Source: Candidatus Scatosoma sp. (GTDB taxonomy: Bacteria; Bacillota; Clostridia; Christensenellales; Borkfalkiaceae). Taken from it: 45,552 nt of DNA. The notes under the pieces are model-generated. The model was not told the DNA's origin. It did no database searches and worked only from the letters and a program-made list of their open reading frames with translations. The translations under genes were made by a program, and so were the position numbers. Below, piece after piece: positions 19,460 to 26,725 of this stretch; within the stretch, counting starts at the first letter, position 1, and each line of letters starts with the position of its first letter. The DNA is taken from assembly GCA_045611525.1 (NCBI GenBank), contig JAZKXK010000086.1:1-45552 (forward strand), read 5' to 3'.

Positions 19460-19555
19460 GCGGAAAGCGCGGACGAATACGAAAAAGCAAACCCCGAATA
19501 TATCTTTGACGGGTTTGACGAATTAAGGGAATTTCTTATAAAAAAGGACGGCTGA
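19460..19555 (+). pseudogene. Orphan 3' fragment of the HAD hydrolase gene, with a duplicated terminator
   Basis: Encodes ...AESADEYEKANPEYIFDGFDELREFLIKKDG*, matching the last ~31 codons of 16588-17250. There is no upstream coding part. Confidence 0.8.
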
Positions 19556-20055
19556 GCCGTCCTCTTTTGCGATATGTTTATTTTGCAAAAGAGCAAAATA
19601 TGAAAAATTTTAACATCTTTCAAGAAAAAATATTTTCTAATATTTTTTATGGAAAAATCTTCCTTTGCTATGGTATAATATATACAATAAATATTTATTT
19701 TTCGGAGGAGAGAAATGAAAAAACTCAAGAAGTACTGGTTTTCAACGTTGGCACTTGTCCTGACGATGGTCGTCGGGGCATACTATGCGCTTAGTTGTTT
19801 CTTTTCGGTAAACCGTGGAGAAGTAAACGCAAGCGTAAGAACCGTTCAATTAAGCGATACCGAAATGGATTATCAAGCAATATTGAACGAATTTGAGGAC
19901 TCCGAGCTGACCACGGAAGGCTCGCTCACAACCTTTACGGGTTATCAACCCCTTGATTCTTCGCTTTTTGAAGGAATCGATAACGTAAGCGAGAGCGACG
20001 TCGAAGTCTTAAAAGGGTGCAAAGTAGGTTATAAGTTTACATATGACTACGAAAG
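19460..20055 (+). repeat. Direct repeat copy 2 (partner of 17155-17750)
   Basis: See copy 1. Beyond ~20055, similarity persists only at the protein level, to about codon 185. Confidence 0.9.
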
Positions 20056-20896
20056 TAATATTGTAACCCTTTATGCTCAAATGCAAAACGAGTTTGGCGA
20101 ATTGGAAATCGATACGCTTAGCGGGGTTGGATTTATCAACGAGAAAGGCGAAATTGACGCAGTAATGAACGTAGAGGGCGAAGGCATTTTGTTAAGCGAA
20201 ATGCGCGATGCAGGAATGATTCAAAACTGCGGTTGGTTTGCCAAGGCGGTTAAAAAGGTTGCCCAAACCGTGATAAACGTAGCGGTAGCGGTCGTGGCGG
20301 CGACAGCAGCCGTAGCCGCTACCGCTGTGGTTGTTGCTGGGGTTGGCACTGTGGGGGTAGCCGCCGCTGCAACAATTGGTACATATGCATTGGCTACTGC
20401 AGCTGTGGCGGCAGGCGTTATGCTTACAGTAGATATGTGGGAAGCTTCCTACCCTGGTATTAAGATTAATAAAGTTAAAAACATTACATATGCTACATGG
20501 GATGAAAAAACTAGAGAGGCTATAAGGGATATTGTTCTTACCAACAAAAAAAGCTCGGGAGACCCTGCAATATACTTTGAATGTGTTGGTAATTCCAATA
20601 GACCGACAAAAGTTAGGGTGGATAAACCGTACACATCTGTTGAAATGGCGAGTTTAATGTCTACGCAAGGTAAAAGTTCGGTAACCTATTTGCAAGATGA
20701 TGCTATGTCAGTAATAATGGCGGCTGTGCCTGTGGGGTATCCTATATTCCTTGATGTGCCCACCAATGAAGGGGGCGTTCCACATTATCAGGCAATAGAT
20801 ATTTTAAGCGCTAATTATAGTGCAGAACGTCCTGTCGAGGAAAATCCTCGTTACAAAGTTGCAGGTAACACATTACATTCTTTTTGGGAGAAATAA
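19715..20896 (+). CDS. Polymorphic membrane protein, paralog B (intact; unrelated C-terminal domain)
   Basis: 393 aa. N-terminal MKKLKKYWFSTLALVLTMVVGAYYALSCFF anchor, a shared ~150-aa module, a ~60-aa A/V/G/T-rich hydrophobic stretch, and a ~150-aa unique C-terminal domain. Confidence 0.85.
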   Translation: MKKLKKYWFSTLALVLTMVVGAYYALSCFFSVNRGEVNASVRTVQLSDTEMDYQAILNEFEDSELTTEGSLTTFTGYQPLDSSLFEGIDNVSESDVEVLKGCKVGYKFTYDYESNIVTLYAQMQNEFGELEIDTLSGVGFINEKGEIDAVMNVEGEGILLSEMRDAGMIQNCGWFAKAVKKVAQTVINVAVAVVAATAAVAATAVVVAGVGTVGVAAAATIGTYALATAAVAAGVMLTVDMWEASYPGIKINKVKNITYATWDEKTREAIRDIVLTNKKSSGDPAIYFECVGNSNRPTKVRVDKPYTSVEMASLMSTQGKSSVTYLQDDAMSVIMAAVPVGYPIFLDVPTNEGGVPHYQAIDILSANYSAERPVEENPRYKVAGNTLHSFWEK

Positions 20897-21561
20897 TGCT
20901 TATGTATAGTTTTATAGGCTCATTTAATAAAATTAAAAATCATCGTGATTGTGAGTATTGTAAAGACGAATACGGAATGGAATATCATTTTGATCATGAA
21001 GCTTATAAAAAAGTATCTTTGCAAATTAAAACCTTGCTTGGTAACAAAGAAAAATATACGGGGCAAGAGGCTTTTCGTTTTTTTCAAAAACAATTTGCAG
21101 CTTTTCCTATTGACATTCATCGCTATTTTGATTATATCGGTATAACTTCGGTTGGGATGGATTCCTTTGTCAAATATAATCGTTTAAAAGACTCTGATTT
21201 TTTAGATTTAGAGGGGTTTGAGCAATTTTATTCTTTCCTTGGAGGAAAAGAAAAAAACTTGGTGTTTGTCATTGATACGGTTAATAATACTTTTTTACAG
21301 GATAAGTATCCTGAAATCGAGGAGTTCAAGAAAAAACAAATTAATCGTATGCAACACTATGGTCGGGTTGTGAAAGAAATCGACGGTTGGTGGTTATATA
21401 CTAATGAAGGAAAAACTTCAATTGGCGGTATCGAGCGAAACATTATTATTGCCATTGGGTCATTTGACGGCACAACTATTAATTCCATGAAAACCTTATC
21501 AGGAAGTGGTCAACTTGCCGATGTTGAGTATGCTCTGGAATTTTTCCGCTTGCATAGTTAA
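20896..21561 (+). CDS. Hypothetical cytoplasmic protein (candidate cognate partner/immunity of paralog B)
   Basis: The ATG at 20896 overlaps the upstream TAA (TAATG), and GGGAG lies 7 nt upstream, suggesting translational coupling. No signal peptide. Confidence 0.65.
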   Translation: MLMYSFIGSFNKIKNHRDCEYCKDEYGMEYHFDHEAYKKVSLQIKTLLGNKEKYTGQEAFRFFQKQFAAFPIDIHRYFDYIGITSVGMDSFVKYNRLKDSDFLDLEGFEQFYSFLGGKEKNLVFVIDTVNNTFLQDKYPEIEEFKKKQINRMQHYGRVVKEIDGWWLYTNEGKTSIGGIERNIIIAIGSFDGTTINSMKTLSGSGQLADVEYALEFFRLHS

Positions 21562-21594
21562 TAATTATAAAGCATAAAACATAAGTAGTTTGTT

Positions 21595-22308
21595 ATGAAA
21601 AACAAAAGCAAAAATATTTTAATCAGCGTAGGAATAGCGGTAATGTTAATTGCCGCTATTCTTTGCGCGGTGTTTATTCCTGCGCCAAAACCGAGCAAAA
21701 TTTATCAAAACAACTTGCAGAGTATCGTAGAGGTAAAGGCGTCAAGTGAAACCGTAGGCGAAAGCTTTGGTACGGCGGAATTGATTAATAAAGACGGTAC
21801 GCTTATCACCAACGCCCACGTAGTAACCTATACGCAATTAGGGACGGTGAATGTGTTTGAGGAGTATTCAATTCGCTTTGCAACGGAAGAGGAATATCGA
21901 AAAGCGGAGCTTGTTAAATACGATACAGCGTTGGATATTGCCGTTTTAAGATTGGTGGATATATCCTGCAAATTTATTCCCATGAAGTTGGGAGATTCGT
22001 CCGCTTTGCGTAGCGGGGATAAGGTGTATGCAATCGGTAACGCGGTAAACTACGGATTATCCTTATCGCAAGGTATGATAGGCATACCTTTGATAAAGAT
22101 AGAGTATGCAGGTGTTATTCGAGAAGTAATACAATGCGATTTGACGATAGCCGAAGGAAACAGTGGCGGCGCGTTATTGGATGAGCGAGGGCGTTTGGTG
22201 GGGATAACCACCTTTCGCACGAAAGATAACGCGGGAAACGTGATTTACGGGCTTGCGTATTGTATTCCTATCCATATCGTTATGGAATACGTGGAAAGCG
22301 TGGATTAA
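21595..22308 (+). CDS. Membrane-anchored trypsin-like (S1C-type) serine protease, no PDZ domain
   Basis: N-terminal TM ILISVGIAVMLIAAILCAVFI. Catalytic triad contexts TNAHVV, DIAVLRL and GNSGGALL. Confidence 0.85.
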   Translation: MKNKSKNILISVGIAVMLIAAILCAVFIPAPKPSKIYQNNLQSIVEVKASSETVGESFGTAELINKDGTLITNAHVVTYTQLGTVNVFEEYSIRFATEEEYRKAELVKYDTALDIAVLRLVDISCKFIPMKLGDSSALRSGDKVYAIGNAVNYGLSLSQGMIGIPLIKIEYAGVIREVIQCDLTIAEGNSGGALLDERGRLVGITTFRTKDNAGNVIYGLAYCIPIHIVMEYVESVD

Positions 22309-22384
22309 ATTAAAGACAATTGAAACAATATGCCCCCAAAGGTTGGACAAACCTTCGGGGGTATAGCATCAACGTGCTACCTAT

Positions 22385-22450
22385 TCATAACTTTTTTACG
22401 AAGTAAAAACTTCACCATAACATTTCCCCATAAGGTAAAATTGCACGAAA
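22385..22450. repeat. Degenerate fragment of the hairpin-ladder repeat family
   Basis: TTTTTAC-gaa-GTAAAAA hairpin followed by AAACTTCAC (22407-22415), then AAATTGCAC, then a poly-A/GCGC/poly-T hairpin. Confidence 0.45.
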
Positions 22451-22664
22451 AAAAGCGCTTTTTTTGTCAAGAAAGAAAGAATTTTAAGAAAAAGCGAAAA
22501 AATTTTTAAAAAGGGTATTTACAAAACGGGTTTTATGTGGTAAACTATGGGAAAAATTAGAATGGGAAAGAAGGCATACTCTTCTATGCCTTTGCCAGAT
22601 ACATATACACGCAAAGCCTTGCCGATAAAAAGGTAAGGGAGGACAGACTAAAAAGAGGTGTAAA

Positions 22665-24176
22665 GTGGAAAAAATAGGGATTATCGATTTAGGCTCGAAT
22701 ACGGCGAGGCTCGTCATCGTAAACATGTTTGCGGACGGGCATTTTATGGTCGTGGACGAGCTCAAAGAAAGCGTCCGTTTGGGACAAGATATGGATAGGG
22801 ACGGGTTCCTCAAGCCCCAAAGAATTGCGGAGACGATTAAGACCTTGAAAATGTTCAAGCGTCTTTGCGACGCAAGCGGGGTAGAACGCATTATCGCCGT
22901 CGGCACGGCGGCGGTTCGCCGCGCAAAAAACCAGCGTTCCTTCTTGGACGAGGTACAGGTAAGCTGTAATATCACCATTCGCGTGCTTTCGGAAGAGGAA
23001 GAGGCGTTCCTTGTTTACCGCGGAGTTATCAATTCTATGGATATCCCCAAGGGCTTGATTTTGGAAATCGGCGGGGGCAGCACGAAGATTATCTACTATA
23101 ATAGAAGAAACGTACTCGGCTATGCGACCTTGCCCTTTGGCGCGGTTACCTTGACCGACCTGTTTGCAAACGACGCTTCGCCCGAACAGTCCGCGCTCCA
23201 TATCGAAGAATTTTTCACCGAACAGCTTAAAAAACTGCCTTGGCTTGCCGAGGTAGACCCCGAAACGCAAATGATAGGGGTAGGCGGTTCGTTTAGAAAC
23301 TTGTTCAAAATCAGCAAACTCGTAAGAAAGTATCCTATGGATACCGTACACAACTATAAGATTGCAACCGAGGATTTCTTGGGCATTTACGATATGCTCA
23401 AAATGCTCGACGTGGACAAGCGTAAGAAAATCAAGGGGCTTTCGCCCGCCCGCGCGGATATTATGCCCGCGGCGATGGCTATCGTAAAATCCTTCGTCAA
23501 CCATATGAATATCGAAGGCTTTACAATCAGCAGTTCGGGGCTTAGAGAGGGGCTTATGGTCAACACTGCCCTGCCCATTACGCTGGAAAAGCCCATTTCC
23601 GACGTACTCAACTACTCCCTTGACCGCTTGGTGAAATATTACGGGTGCGACCCCAAGCACGTGGAAAACGTACTTATGCTTTCGGTACAGCTTTTCAAGC
23701 AGCTCCGCGTGCTGCATAAATTCCCCCGTCCGTACTTAAAGGTACTTAAAATTGCGGCGAGTCTGCACGATTGCGGTATGAACACGCAATACTATAGCCA
23801 CGCAAGACATAGCTGTTATACCATTTTGAACTCCACGATTTACGGTGCAACGCATAGAGAAATCGTTTTGGCGGCGTTCGTGGCGGGCTGTCATAACAAA
23901 GAGGACGTGCCTATGGCGGACTGGCAAAAGTACAAGGGTATCGTTGGCGAGGAGGACTTGGACGCAGTCAAAAAGCTCGGCGTGCTTCTCCGTATCGCGG
24001 AAAGCTTGGATAGGTCGCATTCGGGAGTCGTAACAGGCTTAAACTGCGACGTTTTGGGGGATTCGGTGATTATGAAAACCCTGCTTTCCGGCGACGCAAC
24101 GCTGGAAATCGCCGACGCGGAAAAGGCAAGCGTCGAATTTAAGAGAGCCTTCAAAAAGAACCTCGAAATTCTTTAA
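22665..24176 (+). CDS. Ppx/GppA-family exopolyphosphatase/phosphohydrolase with an HD domain
   Basis: GTG start with AGAGGTG RBS. ASKHA motifs IIDLGSNTARLV and LEIGGGSTKI. C-terminal HD region ASLHDCGM. Confidence 0.9.
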   Translation: MEKIGIIDLGSNTARLVIVNMFADGHFMVVDELKESVRLGQDMDRDGFLKPQRIAETIKTLKMFKRLCDASGVERIIAVGTAAVRRAKNQRSFLDEVQVSCNITIRVLSEEEEAFLVYRGVINSMDIPKGLILEIGGGSTKIIYYNRRNVLGYATLPFGAVTLTDLFANDASPEQSALHIEEFFTEQLKKLPWLAEVDPETQMIGVGGSFRNLFKISKLVRKYPMDTVHNYKIATEDFLGIYDMLKMLDVDKRKKIKGLSPARADIMPAAMAIVKSFVNHMNIEGFTISSSGLREGLMVNTALPITLEKPISDVLNYSLDRLVKYYGCDPKHVENVLMLSVQLFKQLRVLHKFPRPYLKVLKIAASLHDCGMNTQYYSHARHSCYTILNSTIYGATHREIVLAAFVAGCHNKEDVPMADWQKYKGIVGEEDLDAVKKLGVLLRIAESLDRSHSGVVTGLNCDVLGDSVIMKTLLSGDATLEIADAEKASVEFKRAFKKNLEIL

Positions 24177-24214
24177 CAAAGAGCCGTCAAACGACGGCTC
24201 TTACTACATATGCT

Positions 24215-24817
24215 ATGGAATGGATTTTAGCAAGCGCTTCTCCGCGGCGCAAGGAACTGTTTGCGGAAATCGTAAAAGACTTTGACATTATTCCCGCCAA
24301 GGGCGAAGAAACTGCGGACAAAAACCACACGCCCGCGGGGCTTGTCTGCGCGCTCGCCGTTCAAAAAGCGGAAGAGGTCGCGTCCCTGCCTTGCGCAAAG
24401 GGCAAAGCAGTGCTCGGCGCGGACACGGTGGTAGCGTATGGGGGAGAAATCCTCGGCAAACCCAAAAACGAAGAGGACGCTCGGCGTATGTTAACCTTGC
24501 TTTCGGGTAAGGCACACGAGGTCTACACGGGGATTTGCGTGCTCTACCCCGCGAAAGAGGGCTATAAAAAAATATGCGAGGCGGTTTGCACGAGGGTGCA
24601 TTTTAATGCCCTGTCGCAAGAGCAAATCACGGCGTATATTCAAAGCGGTTCGCCTATGGATAAGGCTGGGGCGTACGGTATTCAAGACGGCGGCTTGGTG
24701 GAGCGCATAGAGGGCAGCTTTTCCAACGTGGTCGGCTTGCCGGTAGAGGCTTGCAAAGAGATAATAAACGGTATTCAACCCATACCTGCCCCCATCAAAG
24801 GAGAAAAAAATGATTAA
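24215..24817 (+). CDS. maf: Maf-family nucleoside triphosphate pyrophosphatase
   Basis: ILASASPRRKELF, GADTVV and AGAYGIQD. Confidence 0.9.
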   Translation: MEWILASASPRRKELFAEIVKDFDIIPAKGEETADKNHTPAGLVCALAVQKAEEVASLPCAKGKAVLGADTVVAYGGEILGKPKNEEDARRMLTLLSGKAHEVYTGICVLYPAKEGYKKICEAVCTRVHFNALSQEQITAYIQSGSPMDKAGAYGIQDGGLVERIEGSFSNVVGLPVEACKEIINGIQPIPAPIKGEKND

Positions 24818-25817
24818 ACTTGCAATCGATTTAGGTTCTTCCGTAACCAAGATATACCGCGCGGATACCAACAGCGGTATCGTGCTTGCCGAGCCTTCCT
24901 GCGTGGCAGTTTCGGGCGAGGACGGCGAGATTAAAGCCATCGGTAAAGAGGCAAAAAATTTAATCGGCAAAACGGCGGAGTTTACAAAAATCGTCTACCC
25001 CGTTTACGAGGGCGTTATCGTAGATATGCGCCTTGCGGTGGCGATGCTTATCGCCTTTTTATCCCGCATTGGGATAAAGAAAAGCACGCTCAAACGGGCG
25101 CAGGTGCTTATGAGCGTGCCGTGCGGGCTTTCGGGGAAACGGTTTGCGGAATATCAGCAGCTTGTAGAGGATTGCGAGTTAAGAAAGGTTCGTTTTGTGG
25201 AGCAGCCCTATCTTTCCGCGCTCGGTGCGGGGGCGGTAATCAGCGATACCGACCCTATCTTTTGCTTGGATATCGGCGGCGGGGTAACCAACGCCGCGGT
25301 CATTTCGGCAAACGGGATTATTTCGGGGCTTTCCATCAACGTCGGCGGGAATAATATGGACGCGAATATCATTTCCAAAATCGCAGCCAACAATTCCCTG
25401 CTTGTCGGGGCGTTAACGGCGGAGAGGATAAAAAACGAAATCGGGTCGCTTTCGGTCAGCGCGCTGGGGACTATGGTCGCGGAAGGCAGCTCTACGGAAA
25501 CCTGCCAGCCCGCGTCGACTTCCGTGCAGGCGGCGGATTTGACCGAGTGCATACGCGTGTATATCAATAAGGTAATCGAATACGCGGCGGGCGTGCTGTG
25601 GCAGTTACCTGCCGAGGTTGCGGCGGCGGTCAATCGAAACGGCGTATACCTTTCGGGCGGGGTTATGAAAATTTCCCAAGTCCCGCAGTATATCGGGGCA
25701 AAGCTGAATATGCGTTATCACGTCTGCGAGGAACCGCAATTCGCCACCGTTTTAGGCGGCGGCGTCCTGTTGCAGGATAGAGAACTGCTGGGTAGCTTTG
25801 CAAAAAAAGAGGAATAA
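24810..25817 (+). CDS. MreB/Mbl-family actin-like protein (divergent)
   Basis: AIDLGSSVTKIY, LDIGGGVTNAAVIS and VYLSGGVMKI. Overlaps maf by 8 nt. No mreC/mreD downstream. Confidence 0.8.
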   Translation: MIKLAIDLGSSVTKIYRADTNSGIVLAEPSCVAVSGEDGEIKAIGKEAKNLIGKTAEFTKIVYPVYEGVIVDMRLAVAMLIAFLSRIGIKKSTLKRAQVLMSVPCGLSGKRFAEYQQLVEDCELRKVRFVEQPYLSALGAGAVISDTDPIFCLDIGGGVTNAAVISANGIISGLSINVGGNNMDANIISKIAANNSLLVGALTAERIKNEIGSLSVSALGTMVAEGSSTETCQPASTSVQAADLTECIRVYINKVIEYAAGVLWQLPAEVAAAVNRNGVYLSGGVMKISQVPQYIGAKLNMRYHVCEEPQFATVLGGGVLLQDRELLGSFAKKEE

Positions 25818-25829
25818 AAAGAAAAAACG

Positions 25830-25865
25830 AAGGCTCTTATATATAATGTAGAGCCTTTTTCTTTT
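25830..25865 (+). terminator. Intrinsic terminator after the mreB-like gene
   Basis: AAGGCTCT-(12-nt loop)-AGAGCCTT followed by TTTCTTTTC. Confidence 0.65.
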
Positions 25866-25867
25866 CT

Positions 25868-25937
25868 AAAAAAAATTCTAAAAAATTTAAAAAAATTTTA
25901 AAAAACCTATTGACAAACGCTGATTTTATGCTATAAT
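25868..25937 (+). promoter_or_regulatory. Strong-looking promoter with phased upstream A-tracts
   Basis: A-tracts start at 25868, 25880, 25889 and 25900. TTGACA (25910-25915), 16-nt spacer, TGcTATAAT (25929-25937). Confidence 0.6.
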
Positions 25938-25943
25938 AAAGGT

Positions 25944-26675
25944 ACAAAAGAAAGAAAGCAACAAAAAATGTTAATTTCTTTCATATGATAAGGGGTAAAA
26001 ACCGATGAACTGATAAGGGGGAGCTGGTGAGCTCAAGGTCGCCGTAGGGACACGGCAGAAAAACTAAAAAAGGAGGGTACGAAAAGCGATGATTCCTTCC
26101 CACAGTGAGGCGGACGCCTAATAAACACGATTACACCCATTCACGAAAGAACCGTGAGCGAGGCAATGGGGAGTTGACGAATTCCCGGTAGGCACTCGAC
26201 AAGCCGCAGGCAGGTGAAAGCGTGAATGAACAGTAGGCTAACGGAAAGGATTTGACGAAATTCAAGAAGAAGCCAAAGAATGCGGGAGAAACCGCAAGAA
26301 CGAAAAGCGGAGGTACACGGGAATGATTTGTGTAACTTCAAGAAAAACCGATACGAAAGAGGATACTCCAACGTACAGGTAAACCCCTAACGACGGGACG
26401 TCGTAAGGACAATTTGTTAAAGGAGGTACGAGGGAAATGATTTTATTCCATTCGGCAAGAAGGTACTTTAACAAAGAAGACAAAGCGAGGTAAAATCCAA
26501 TGAACCAAGCAAGTGAGGAATGCAAGTAAATACAATCCGTAAAAGGTAAGAGCGCGAAAAGATACGGCGCATTGAAATTGAGTTCAAAAAGAAACGGATT
26601 CAACGCAAAAGTGCATTCTTAAAACTGAATAACGAAGATAATTCTCCTGTCAGGTTGGCAGGAGATTATTTTTTC
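25944..26675 (+). ncRNA. Candidate large (~730 nt) purine-rich non-coding RNA, unclassified
   Basis: Bounded by its own promoter and terminator. No + strand ORF of 60 aa or more. Contains internal repeat modules and multiple local hairpins. 5' end estimated from the -10 box. Confidence 0.5.
26643..26675 (+). terminator. Intrinsic terminator of the non-coding unit
   Basis: TCTCCTG(tc)-aggtt-(gg)CAGGAGA followed by TTATTTTTT. Confidence 0.7.
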
Positions 26676-26678
26676 AAG

Positions 26679-26708
26679 TTGACAACACGCCCGTCCGCGT
26701 GCTATAAT
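26679..26708 (+). promoter_or_regulatory. Promoter of the sbcD/sbcC-like operon
   Basis: TTGACA (26679), 18-nt spacer, TGcTATAAT (-10 at 26703-26708). Confidence 0.55.
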
Positions 26709-26725
26709 AGAAAAAAGGAGTTTTT

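Noticed and set aside
26141-26603. Two minus-strand ORFs (76 and 113 aa) inside the candidate ncRNA region
   Set aside because: They are pyrimidine-strand shadows of a purine-rich sequence with low-complexity hydrophobic translation. They have no RBS or promoter in that orientation and run antisense to a unit with a clear promoter and terminator.
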